Shown here piece after piece: positions 7,447 to 15,928 of a stretch of 26,411 bases of DNA. The stretch's first letter is position 1. Each line of letters starts with the position of its first letter. The DNA is from a virus (Duplodnaviria > Caudoviricetes), in the IMG/VR virus record IMGVR_UViG_3300024232_000064, positions 1 through 26,411 of that record; one strand, written 5' to 3'. The translations under genes were made by a program, and so were the position numbers. The notes beneath the pieces are model-generated. The model was not told the DNA's origin, did not search any database, and worked only from the letters and a program-made list of their open reading frames with translations.

Positions 7447-7629
7447 TCACTTCGCGGTTTCAATCATTCTCGCAATCGCCGCTGAGCGTCCGCACTCCCA
7501 GCGTGCACACAGTTCGTCCAGCGCCTTCAAGGTTTCCGGTCTGATGGCGATGCCGAGTTTAACGACTGGTTCGCCGGTTGGCTTGCGGCCTGCGCCTTTG
7601 CGTCGGCCGCCGTGGGTGGGCTTTTTCAT
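7447..7629 (-). CDS. Ribbon-helix-helix (CopG-like) DNA-binding protein
   Basis: HGGRRKGAGRKP arm followed by the RHH pattern VKLGIAIRPETLKALDELC...RSAAIARMI. Confidence 0.75.
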   Translation of the reverse strand: MKKPTHGGRRKGAGRKPTGEPVVKLGIAIRPETLKALDELCARWECGRSAAIARMIETAK

Positions 7630-7949
7630 GCCTCACCCCGCAAACTCCAGAGTTCTCGGCACTCTTGCGTCAGCTTGTCTTTCATTGGAACCCTCCTATC
7701 GTCATAAAATTGTGCGTTGTGTGTTTCTCTGTCCAGAATTGCCTGTTCTTTGTCTGAGAGTACGCGCGGAGCGCGTCTGTCGTAACAATTTTCTACCATT
7801 AGCACACCCATGGCGTATTGCACTGAGCAGAGCGCGGCACGCGCCTCGTGAAGTCGCGCCTGCCAGTATTCATCTGTAGTGGCGTTGTTTTCGCACATCC
7901 TGACGCGCTCTGTCAGAACGCTTAGAACGTTTTCGGCCGTCTTATTCAT
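7626..7949 (-). CDS. Hypothetical protein
   Basis: Likely start MNKTAE after a GGGG RBS. Confidence 0.6.
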   Translation of the reverse strand: MNKTAENVLSVLTERVRMCENNATTDEYWQARLHEARAALCSVQYAMGVLMVENCYDRRAPRVLSDKEQAILDRETHNAQFYDDRRVPMKDKLTQECRELWSLRGEA

Positions 7950-8130
7950 TGTACGCCCCTGTTTGCAACATCGCTTCGAGCTTAGCGATGTGCGCCTGAT
8001 AACCGGCAATCTTTGCCTTGTCTTGGAAGCGTTCTGAATAACCCAGTTCTTTGGACATCAGATTTCTTGTTTCGCGGATGGCCTGCTTTACTCGGTTCGT
8101 CTGTTCAGTCGTCAGTTTAATCATCTTCAT
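7942..8130 (-). CDS. Hypothetical helical protein
   Basis: Start MKMIKL after a GAGGGA RBS, downstream of the promoter. Confidence 0.65.
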   Translation of the reverse strand: MKMIKLTTEQTNRVKQAIRETRNLMSKELGYSERFQDKAKIAGYQAHIAKLEAMLQTGAYNE

Positions 8131-8160
8131 TCCCTCGCGTCGCTCAGCCTCGACACACAT

Positions 8161-8201
8161 ACATTACCCCAGCAACTTGATTCTGTCCAGACAAATTCAA
8201 G
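8161..8201 (-). promoter_or_regulatory. Promoter with overlapping palindromic operator
   Basis: TGGACA-17 bp-TAATGT; the imperfect palindrome CTTGA-TTC-TGTC-CA-GACA-AAT-TCAAG (8176-8201) covers the -35 box. Confidence 0.55.
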
Positions 8202-8240
8202 ACATTCTGTAAATTATTTTCACGCCCTTTCACTTCGCAA

Positions 8241-8435
8241 CTATTCGGACTTCTCAACCCGTTCGTCGGGCTCCGTGACCGCCGCTTCAATCATCGCCAC
8301 AACCTGCCAAGCCTGCCGGCCGAGCTGGGCCTGTGCTTCCGGGTGCTGCTTGTTCCAGGTCCGCAGCGCGACGGGCAACGTGCGCCAGAGGGCGGCGGGC
8401 ATGGTGATGGTCAGCATTTCCTTTTCCGCACCCAT
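8241..8435 (-). CDS. Hypothetical protein
   Basis: 64 aa; TGATG-coupled to the upstream ORF. Confidence 0.55.
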   Translation of the reverse strand: MGAEKEMLTITMPAALWRTLPVALRTWNKQHPEAQAQLGRQAWQVVAMIEAAVTEPDERVEKSE

Positions 8436-8833
8436 CAGTTCGCAACCGCCAAGGATGTTCCCGGTTCTTCGCCGCGGCGGTTGCCATCGGCTTGAATAAA
8501 AAGTTGATTTCTCGACTCGAATTCCTTCAGTGCTCGTTCCGCTTCCTCGATGTCTTGAACGTAAGCGTTTTCGAGGTATCCGCAGATTGACCGACGCGCC
8601 ACAATTCCGGCCTGTGTCTTCTCGATGTCCGGCTTTGCGGCTGACACCAGTGCCTCCCGCATGTCTTCAGCATCCTTCCGGAACTTGCCGAGAATGTTCG
8701 AGATAACCGGCATCGTGATAACCCGCTGAACGACTTCGCGGGCCTGCTTGAACTGCTCCAGATTTGATTTCAGGCGATCATGTTCAATCCGGATTCCGTC
8801 GTCGCCATCGTTCTTTTGCTTGCTGTTCTTCAT
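8435..8833 (-). CDS. Hypothetical coiled-coil protein
   Basis: 132 aa with a GGAGG RBS. Confidence 0.7.
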   Translation of the reverse strand: MKNSKQKNDGDDGIRIEHDRLKSNLEQFKQAREVVQRVITMPVISNILGKFRKDAEDMREALVSAAKPDIEKTQAGIVARRSICGYLENAYVQDIEEAERALKEFESRNQLFIQADGNRRGEEPGTSLAVAN

Positions 8834-8875
8834 CGATCAAACCTCCAAAAAGTTTGCGGACCCATTCCGCAAAGT

Positions 8876-9000
8876 ATTTTTTTCTTTTCACATTTTCCTT
8901 TTTTCCCTACCCACCCCCTTAAGGGGGGTGGGAAAATGGGAAAAAAAGAAAGGAAGCGATTTTCTCCAGCCTCAAAGAAAACGAGGGAAAATGGGAAAAT
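8876..9000. other. Putative replication origin: GC palindrome with purine/pyrimidine-skewed arms
   Basis: CCCACCCCCTT|AAGGGGGGTGGG (8910-8932), flanked by T/C-rich and A/G-rich arms; GGGAAAATGGGAAAA repeated at 8930-8944 and 8985-8999; directly after the primase-helicase gene. Confidence 0.55.
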
Positions 9001-9002
9001 CC

Positions 9003-10934
9003 TCATCGTGCCGCGTACATGTCTCCATTCTGAACGCACCTTATTTTAATCTTGTTAAATTTGTCCTGTTGCTGCTTTATGGATTTCGGGCTGTAACCCC
9101 ATTCGGCTTGAATGAGGAGCATTATGTCATGGCGTGACATGGGAAAAGACAACTTCGACAGCACATTCTGTACCTTTTCATCGTCTGGACCCTTCGCGCG
9201 CACCCAAACAATACCCTTCTGTCCGTGTTGAATATGGATCACTGGCGGACTTGCGGGCTTGTCTTCATTGTCGATCAAGCCAGCTCGCTTTCCGCGTTTC
9301 GCCATCCGCAATTCGAATAATCCGTCCTGAACTTCGCGGACCGTAACAATCGATCGAGCCCAGTTGGACAGCTCCGCGGCGCCCTGTCCGAGATAGCTGA
9401 AGTCGCCACCGATGAAGCTATTTCGTTGCGCCGGATCTTTTGGCGGTTTGTTTGTATGATGCATGATCATCCACACGAAACCGTACTTCTGGCTGAGTGG
9501 GTTGAGTTCGTTGCGCAGAAATTTTGAGGTTACTTCCTGACTCGAGATATCGCCGCCGAGGTAAGCCAGCAACGGATCGAACCAGACCAAATCCGGTTGA
9601 TGACGGCGTACCAGTGCCCGCACCATTTCAACGAAATCCGCGCCGCAGTGTTCGGAGTCAGATACAATCTTAATTCGTTCCTCAAGCTCACCGCAGCGCG
9701 CATGAATGCCCATTCCGTTTACGACACCCTTCAACTCTTCTGCCAGATCTCCGTCATCATTTTCAGCTTGAACGATGAGGCTCTTAAGTGTCTTCTTGAT
9801 TGGGTCAGGACGAATACCGAAGAACGAATCTCCGAACGCCCAGGTAACTGCGGCTTGCATCTCAAGACTACTTTTTCCGATTCCGGTTTGACCGATGAAC
9901 AGGCACGAACCGCCGCGGCAAAGCCATCGATTTCCCAGCACGTTGTTCACGTCTTGCTCAGTGTTATATTTTAGAAAATAACTTGGGGTTCGAACAGGCG
10001 GAAGCGTTACATCGTCGTTCCACTCCTCGAATGTTAACGCCCCAATGTTGACCGCCAGCAGCCGCTGATACCCCATGCCGCGGGGAATGCCTGGAAACCT
10101 CGAGAATCGCGACGGGTTCCCATTCTTGTGGTCAATCTGGTACCGCTCGAAGTGCTCGTAGATAATGCGGCGCCGTTCGTCGTACTCCGCACGATTTGCG
10201 GCGTCCACCCGCACCCACCCGTGAATTGACCTGCCACCACTATGAATAACCGCTGACAGTGGCAGCCCAGATTGCTTGAGGAGAGACCATTGCTTATCGA
10301 GCGGAAGCGTGTCGAATTCCACAAGCACGTGCCTGAAGTTCGTAACCTCCGAGTCGAGCCCCTTGCAGCCCTTCGGCATGGGATTGATGCGCACGTAGAG
10401 CCCGCACTTCCTCGAGTCCGCAAAGAGGCCGGCGGCGCCGCGGTCCTTCATCTTGCTGATCCAATCCTCTCGAGTCAGCACCACGCCCGCATCCGGTGGG
10501 AATTCCTCGTCCTCATCGTTGCGCCTGGCCTTGCACACGCACACGCCGTCACCTTCAGTGAATGCGGCCCTCAAGAACACTTCCCATTCATTCTCGATTG
10601 TCTCTGGGAAGTTCTCAGGTGTTGACAGGTCGTAGTCGCGCCGCGGCGTGTCACGTTTGTGCGGCGCCGTGTAACGCGTCTTCGGCTTTTCGTCGCGCTT
10701 CTCAATGGGGTCGCGTGCGCGGCGTCGATACGCACTCAGCACCGTGTTCCGTGCCTCGCTTTCCTCAAGGCCGTCAACGTCGCGAGCCTTCGCCACGAGC
10801 GCGTCAACCGCCTCGTTCTGCGAGACGCCGGCATCACGCAACTGACAGGCTGCGTTAAATAGCTCCTGGTTGCGAGAGCCCTGGCCCACGCGGTTCTTCA
10901 AGAAGTCGAGCGTCTTCGCTGGAAGCGTGATCAT
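9003..10934 (-). CDS. Primase-helicase (PriCT-like + AEP-type primase + RecA-family AAA_25-like helicase)
   Basis: Probable start MITLPAK (TGATG overlap). RNQELFNAACQL is PriCT-like; VLVEFD and HSGGRSIHGW are AEP motifs; GQTGIGKS Walker A, LVWFDPL Walker B, MHHTNK and GAAEL are RepA/AAA_25 motifs. Confidence 0.88.
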   Translation of the reverse strand: MITLPAKTLDFLKNRVGQGSRNQELFNAACQLRDAGVSQNEAVDALVAKARDVDGLEESEARNTVLSAYRRRARDPIEKRDEKPKTRYTAPHKRDTPRRDYDLSTPENFPETIENEWEVFLRAAFTEGDGVCVCKARRNDEDEEFPPDAGVVLTREDWISKMKDRGAAGLFADSRKCGLYVRINPMPKGCKGLDSEVTNFRHVLVEFDTLPLDKQWSLLKQSGLPLSAVIHSGGRSIHGWVRVDAANRAEYDERRRIIYEHFERYQIDHKNGNPSRFSRFPGIPRGMGYQRLLAVNIGALTFEEWNDDVTLPPVRTPSYFLKYNTEQDVNNVLGNRWLCRGGSCLFIGQTGIGKSSLEMQAAVTWAFGDSFFGIRPDPIKKTLKSLIVQAENDDGDLAEELKGVVNGMGIHARCGELEERIKIVSDSEHCGADFVEMVRALVRRHQPDLVWFDPLLAYLGGDISSQEVTSKFLRNELNPLSQKYGFVWMIMHHTNKPPKDPAQRNSFIGGDFSYLGQGAAELSNWARSIVTVREVQDGLFELRMAKRGKRAGLIDNEDKPASPPVIHIQHGQKGIVWVRAKGPDDEKVQNVLSKLSFPMSRHDIMLLIQAEWGYSPKSIKQQQDKFNKIKIRCVQNGDMYAAR

Positions 10935-11518
10935 CAGTCGCGTGTTCCAATCTCGTAAAGTCGATAATGGCAGCCTTTGCACACGCCGCGGAGAACCCAT
11001 AGGGGTTCTTTTCCGAGCGGGAAACGGTAGTGAATGTGATGAATCTGGGTTGCGATGTTTAAGAGACAGCATTCGCATTTTCCGCCGCATCTCTCGAGCA
11101 CCAATTTTCGGAGCGCCTGCCATCGCGGGCTCTGTATCAGCTCCGCATGCTGCCGCTTCCAGTCCGCACTTTCCTGCTTCTGCTTGCGGAGCTTGAACGC
11201 CTCTTCGCACTCCTTCAGCGTCTTGCAATATTCATCGTGCTGGCCTTCGGCGAATGGAGTGGCGAATCGTGCCTCGCCATTTAGGTCAGAGGCTCTAAGG
11301 GTTGCGATAAGCTTGCCGCACGCTGCACACTGCCTCACGTACTTGCTCGAGCCGCTCGAGCTAGTTCGAACGCGCAAGTACGCGTGCAGGTGCGAGCATT
11401 CGAAGGCGCGGCGGACGGCTTCCAAATCCGTCGCGTCTTCGGCAATGCTTCGCAGCACTTCCAATTGTTGTTGCTTCTGGTCCACCACGATAACCGCTCC
11501 GTCTGATCCCCCCACCAA
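10934..11518 (-). CDS. HNH endonuclease with N-terminal Zn-ribbon
   Basis: SPRWQALRKLVLERCGGKCECC...IHHIHY...VCKGCH; the start position is uncertain. Confidence 0.78.
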   Translation of the reverse strand: MVGGSDGAVIVVDQKQQQLEVLRSIAEDATDLEAVRRAFECSHLHAYLRVRTSSSGSSKYVRQCAACGKLIATLRASDLNGEARFATPFAEGQHDEYCKTLKECEEAFKLRKQKQESADWKRQHAELIQSPRWQALRKLVLERCGGKCECCLLNIATQIHHIHYRFPLGKEPLWVLRGVCKGCHYRLYEIGTRD

Positions 11519-11550
11519 TCAGGATTAGACGTTTTTCGTTTGTTCGTGCG

Positions 11551-12009
11551 CTAGAACGGGATTTCCTCTTCCTTCGGTGCGGGTGCCGGCGCTTCTTTCG
11601 GCGCCGCTCCTTTGTTGCCAACCGCTGCGGACATCTCGAGCGGATCGCGATAACACTTCACCTCGTTGTATTTCTTGCTGTCGTTGCCGGTCCTGATGCC
11701 GAGCGTTGCCGTCCCGTTGCATCCGATGAGACTCTGAGCGAACTGAGCATCGAACACGAACGTAAGCCCAACCTTCGGCGCCTTGCCGATTGCGGTCAGG
11801 AACGTGTCGATTTTCCAGAACGCTTTGTCAGTGAACACGAGCGTGTCAAAGAACCGCTTGCCCGCGTCGGTCTCAAGGGTGAGCTTGAGCACCTCGTTTC
11901 CGGCCTGACTGGTGCCGAACTCGAAATCGACGACGACGAACTTGTAATCCCCCGGTTCCAACGGCTCGAACACTTTCGCCTTCTGTCCCGTAAAGGTGTA
12001 CTGCGCCAT
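11551..12009 (-). CDS. DUF669-type phage single-stranded DNA-binding protein
   Basis: FEPLEPGDY, SQAGNEVLKL, FWKIDTFL, acidic C-terminus EEEIPF. Confidence 0.85.
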   Translation of the reverse strand: MAQYTFTGQKAKVFEPLEPGDYKFVVVDFEFGTSQAGNEVLKLTLETDAGKRFFDTLVFTDKAFWKIDTFLTAIGKAPKVGLTFVFDAQFAQSLIGCNGTATLGIRTGNDSKKYNEVKCYRDPLEMSAAVGNKGAAPKEAPAPAPKEEEIPF

Positions 12010-12047
12010 GATTCATTTTCCTTTTTATTCGTAGTTATGGGTGGTGA

Positions 12048-12926
12048 TCAGGCCGCGGAAGTCGCGGACTTTGGGAGACGGTCCTTCAGCAGTTTCAATG
12101 CTTCATTCGCGCGTTCAGCGGTGAGTTCCTCAACCGTTTCCGCACCTGCCTTCTCAAGCCACTTTTCAAAGCGCCCTTCCTCGAGCTTCACGACGCTTAG
12201 CAGCTCCTTCAACTCCTTGACCTGGGCCTCGGTGGCCGGCGTGATGGCGACGCGTTCCCGGCCCATGGCTGAGCCTGCGATGGCCTCGAACTGGTCAACG
12301 GTGAAGTCAAACGTCCAAGGCACCTCGCCGCGGGGGTCGCTCGGGTCGCGGCGCCACTTCTGAACCTTCGCCGCACTCGGGTAGCTCATCCCCTTGCGCA
12401 TGAGGTACACGACGATGCCGAAATCCGCTTCGATGTTCTTCGGCCCGTCGCTGATCTGACCCACCATCTTGTCGTTCTCGTACTTCGCCTTTAGATGCGC
12501 GGTGACGATGAGGTTGAAGTCCATGATGCGCATGAACTCCCGAATCTTGCGCCATTCACGCGTTGCGGCGTCGTTGCTGCGGCCGAAGTCTGGCGTAAGG
12601 TTCGGATTGTGGCGCGTTGAGCCTTCCTGCTGCAAGCCGGTCACGTGGTCAATTACAATCGTGACGAACGGGGCCAGCGAGCCACTCTTCGCCCTGGTGC
12701 GGAGATCCTCAAGCAAATCTTTGTAGCTCGAGATTTCAACTCGCAGGCTCTTGTTCGCCTCGATGCGCTTGTCGGCGTAGGCAAGGCCGCCGCCGATATC
12801 GGTATCGTAAATGATGGCCTTCTTAAGGTTGGCGACAAAGAACGACTTGCCGCAGCCGGAATCGCCGCTGATGAGTGCGATGACTCGAGACGATTCCCAA
12901 CCTCCTTCCTCTTTCTTTTTGCTCAT
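12048..12926 (-). CDS. AAA ATPase, Sak4-like (AAA_24) recombination protein
   Basis: GDSGCGKS Walker A, TIVIDH Walker B, IVTAH; adjacent to the DUF669 SSB. Confidence 0.8.
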   Translation of the reverse strand: MSKKKEEGGWESSRVIALISGDSGCGKSFFVANLKKAIIYDTDIGGGLAYADKRIEANKSLRVEISSYKDLLEDLRTRAKSGSLAPFVTIVIDHVTGLQQEGSTRHNPNLTPDFGRSNDAATREWRKIREFMRIMDFNLIVTAHLKAKYENDKMVGQISDGPKNIEADFGIVVYLMRKGMSYPSAAKVQKWRRDPSDPRGEVPWTFDFTVDQFEAIAGSAMGRERVAITPATEAQVKELKELLSVVKLEEGRFEKWLEKAGAETVEELTAERANEALKLLKDRLPKSATSAA

Positions 12927-13486
12927 GCTGTTTTCCCCTTTGGTTTGAGCGGCATTGTGTACGGCTGACGCTCGATGGCCGTTTTCAGAATCTGATCCAT
13001 TTCTGCTTTGTCGCGCCCTGCTGCTTCAAGGTCAGCAGAGCACCTTTCGCAATAGAATTGCGAGTCTGTGCGGCCAACTAAATCGCCTGGCTGCTTACAA
13101 ATGGCGCACACGACAACTTTGGCCGGTGGCGTGCCGAGAGACTTCGGCTCCCATTCCTCATCCATGTCGTAAATCGGATCAGGAACGTCGATACCTTTTT
13201 CCCGGTTGTGAACGTAGTCGTGACACGGGAAACAGAGCCCTTGCAAATCGGTCAATCGTTCACGGTACTTTCGAATGTAGGTCAGGTGATGAACCGCATT
13301 GATTTTCTTCTTGTGGCAACGCTCGCAGATGCCGCCGGCTCGCTCATGAACGGCGCGTCTCTTCTCGTTCCATTCTCTGGAACAAAGATAGAGCTGATAC
13401 TTTTCGGCTTCAGGAGCTTTTCGCCAATCCATAGAATCTTTCTTCCGCCATTCCTGATGCCGCTTCCGCCAATACGATGAATTCAC
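12923..13486 (-). CDS. HNH endonuclease
   Basis: YLCSREW..KR..VHERAGGICERC...VHHLTY...DLQGLCFPCH; GTGA-coupled start at 13486 (or ATG at 13432). Confidence 0.82.
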   Translation of the reverse strand: MNSSYWRKRHQEWRKKDSMDWRKAPEAEKYQLYLCSREWNEKRRAVHERAGGICERCHKKKINAVHHLTYIRKYRERLTDLQGLCFPCHDYVHNREKGIDVPDPIYDMDEEWEPKSLGTPPAKVVVCAICKQPGDLVGRTDSQFYCERCSADLEAAGRDKAEMDQILKTAIERQPYTMPLKPKGKTA

Positions 13487-13692
13487 GCGCACGTTCCCCT
13501 GCCGCACCCGCAGCCCACGAGAGAGCGCCAGTGGGGATTCACGCGGAGAGATGCAAGTTGAACGTCCGATTCTGCCTCATCCGATGCGGCCCGCGCCTCT
13601 TCGGCTGCCTGCGCTTCCGCTTGCATAGCAGCGTCCGCCTCAGCCTGCGCATCCAATCCAGCCAGATACTCGTCTTGTTCAGGTCCGCTCAT
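13483..13692 (-). CDS. Hypothetical acidic Ala-rich protein
   Basis: 69 aa; start provided by repeat F. Confidence 0.5.
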   Translation of the reverse strand: MSGPEQDEYLAGLDAQAEADAAMQAEAQAAEEARAASDEAESDVQLASLRVNPHWRSLVGCGCGRGTCA

Positions 13693-14076
13693 GCTTTCCG
13701 CTTCCCAAAGTGCCTTTGAAACTTCACGTAGGCCATCTCAACACTTTGTCCTTTGCGCTTCCGACTCCGCACCCTTGACAGTGAAATCGTGCGCCCATTG
13801 ATAGAGCAGTCTGCCGGTATCCGTCAGGCTGATAGCATCGATACCCATGTCGTTCTTGCACGGCCCGCGATGCGTCTTGCGGTTGAAGACGTGCGGATAT
13901 TTCTCCACGATTGCTATTTCGGGCGTAGAAAGCCACTTCTCGTAATGCGGATAAAGTTCCACAATCACGGAGAGAAGGTTTGTTTCGGACAAGCCTTTGC
14001 GCTCGGCTTTCAGGATTGAATCTTTGCGCGCCTTCATGGTTTCGTAGCTCATGCTTTCCGCTTCCCGTAATGCCTT
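13687..14076. repeat. Boundary repeat family F (2 copies)
   Basis: GCTCATGCTTTCCGCTTCCC identical at 13687-13706 and 14047-14066, followed by NNNN-TGCCTT in both copies. Confidence 0.9.
13738..14052 (-). CDS. Hypothetical protein
   Basis: Start MSYETM within repeat F. Confidence 0.65.
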   Translation of the reverse strand: MSYETMKARKDSILKAERKGLSETNLLSVIVELYPHYEKWLSTPEIAIVEKYPHVFNRKTHRGPCKNDMGIDAISLTDTGRLLYQWAHDFTVKGAESEAQRTKC

Positions 14077-14095
14077 GCGTATTCCTGTCGTGCCG

Positions 14096-14371
14096 TCATG
14101 GTAGTTTTCCACCTGCCTTAAGAATCGCCGCGCCGACAATCTGAAGGTCGTACGCCAGTTCGTCGGTCGGATTGCGTGCGTATCGGTATTGCATTGAAAC
14201 GATGGCTATCTGACAGGCTTGCAGGAGTTCAGGAGCGGCGACGAACGCAGAAGCCAAGTCAACATTATCGAACACGTTGCCGACGTGGTTCCCGCACTTG
14301 TCTTGAATCGAGATGATTCCGCCGCTTTCAATTTCGAAATTCAGCGGCGTTATCGTTTCGAATTTATCCAT
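14096..14371 (-). CDS. Hypothetical phage protein with AAPELL motif
   Basis: Start MDKF after an AAGGA RBS; AAPELLQAC...AAILKA is a motif common in small phage early proteins. Confidence 0.7.
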   Translation of the reverse strand: MDKFETITPLNFEIESGGIISIQDKCGNHVGNVFDNVDLASAFVAAPELLQACQIAIVSMQYRYARNPTDELAYDLQIVGAAILKAGGKLP

Positions 14372-14497
14372 TGCTCGTATTCCTTCCGTGTCGGTCTGCG
14401 CTGCCAAATCTGATAGTCTTGGACGCGCGCCAGCAGCCTCCCAAAGTAATCCGACTCCGTTCGGCGGGGGTTAACGCGCCGAGCACGACGATTCGGT

Positions 14498-15091
14498 TTA
14501 GAAGTCTCGCAGGATTGAGTAGTAAGTCGGGTCTTTCACCTTGCTCGTCAGCACGCGCGTGTCGCTGGCGGCATCACACGCTTCAATGTCGGCCTTGACG
14601 TCGCTGAGGATGCGCTCCAGCTTGCCTTTAATCAGCGCCCTGAAGACTTTGACGGCTTGAACCTTCAGCACGTCGAACGCTTCAAGAGTCTCGCCCCAGC
14701 GCGCCAGGATGTAGAATTCGCGCGTTCCATATTGCTCGCCGATCGTGCCGACGAGTACAGGGTCTTTGATGTCCGCGCTTTCGGGATGCCACACTTCGAT
14801 GGTGCGGTAGATGCCAAGCGAATCGGCATGGGCAGCCACCTGCAGGACGCGCAGCGGAATCGGTTCGTCTTTGAACTTCTGAATGACGGTCTTAATCGGG
14901 CAGAGAGTGCCGTAAACGAAGCCCTCTTCCTTCGTCATCTTGCGATACGGACAACGCGCATCCTTTTCAGGCGACAGCATTTCGCGCTGGCCTTCGAGGT
15001 TCAGCTTTTCAATCAATGCGATGGCTTCCGCGCAGTCTTCTTTCTTGCCGTCCGCATCTACTTCGGTCACTTCGTACGTTTCGATTTGCAT
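14498..15091 (-). CDS. Hypothetical protein
   Basis: About 197 aa, GGAG RBS, DPVLVG...YILARWG segment. Confidence 0.75.
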   Translation of the reverse strand: MQIETYEVTEVDADGKKEDCAEAIALIEKLNLEGQREMLSPEKDARCPYRKMTKEEGFVYGTLCPIKTVIQKFKDEPIPLRVLQVAAHADSLGIYRTIEVWHPESADIKDPVLVGTIGEQYGTREFYILARWGETLEAFDVLKVQAVKVFRALIKGKLERILSDVKADIEACDAASDTRVLTSKVKDPTYYSILRDF

Positions 15092-15107
15092 GGCTTCTCT
15101 CTCCTTG

Positions 15108-15338
15108 TCAGGTTGACGACATTTCATTCTGCATTTTGATTGTGAGAAATTGACACTTCATCCCACTCCGCACATCTGTCCCAATCGCAATTTGTTCGAC
15201 ATCCACGCTGCAATAGCCGTGGCCGGGTGCGCAGACTTGAACGCGCATCGTCTTCAAAGGGTCTGCGATGCTGATTGCGGCACCTGCTTCCATTCGCGCG
15301 AAGTCGTCTTCATCGATGCACAGCACAAGGTTTGACAT
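15108..15338 (-). CDS. Hypothetical protein
   Basis: 76 aa; TAATG-coupled. Confidence 0.55.
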   Translation of the reverse strand: MSNLVLCIDEDDFARMEAGAAISIADPLKTMRVQVCAPGHGYCSVDVEQIAIGTDVRSGMKCQFLTIKMQNEMSST

Positions 15339-15889
15339 TATCTAAAGTTCGCCCTCACATTCAGCACACTCAAGAGCCACCTCCGCACCACTCTCCACGC
15401 GCGGCGAATGGGAGGGGCAAGCTTGGCGATGAAGTACATTGCGAAATCACCGATACCAGGTGCCCAGCGGAATTCGTTCTCCCGGTCGCCGTAGGTGCGG
15501 CCACGGATGCAATACGGTGGAATGCGCCCGGATGGTTCGTCTTCGACGAGCTGGCGAGCATCGCAGAGAATGGCGGGCCGGAATTCTTTGGGGCATTCAA
15601 TCCCCTTGTCGTCACCGGCTTCTTTAGGGCTTGTCAACGCGGTCAACTTCGGGGCGGCAATTTCACCCTTATCAAGCCCGGCCTCCCGGTGTCGTCCTCC
15701 GGGTACAAGATTTAAGCCCTCAAGCGCGTTTGGTGCGGCAGTGCGCTTTCCACCTTCTGCCGGTCCTTGCTGCGTGTCTCTGTCCACGCCGCCGCCAATC
15801 TCTGCAATCCTCTCGTGAGCCGGCCAGCCGCTAGAGTTCTCAGCCCTTGCCGCCCCACACGCCATCATGATGAACAGTATTCGTAGCAC
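15338..15889 (-). CDS. Hypothetical protein with signal-like N-terminus
   Basis: 183 aa; GTG start after GAGGGG. Confidence 0.5.
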   Translation of the reverse strand: MLRILFIMMACGAARAENSSGWPAHERIAEIGGGVDRDTQQGPAEGGKRTAAPNALEGLNLVPGGRHREAGLDKGEIAAPKLTALTSPKEAGDDKGIECPKEFRPAILCDARQLVEDEPSGRIPPYCIRGRTYGDRENEFRWAPGIGDFAMYFIAKLAPPIRRAWRVVRRWLLSVLNVRANFR

Positions 15890-15928
15890 GTCGGTCCCCT
15901 CTGTACTCTTCCCCGCCCAACGGTTACT

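Larger units (their letters stand above)
7277..8238. repeat. Boundary repeat family E (3 copies)
   Basis: TCACGCCCTTTCACTT at 7277-7292, 7437-7452 and 8220-8235; the last two extend by CGC. Confidence 0.9.

Noticed and set aside
10935-11228. N-terminal 98 aa of the 741-aa ORF in the track
   Set aside because: It overlaps the HNH gene in another frame. The TGATG-coupled ATG at 10934 is the more plausible start.
14411-14497. Twister-like ribozyme in the intergenic gap (GCGCG-TTAA...CGCGC)
   Set aside because: The conserved twister P4 loop and pseudoknot pairings could not be built; only weak GC pairing is present.
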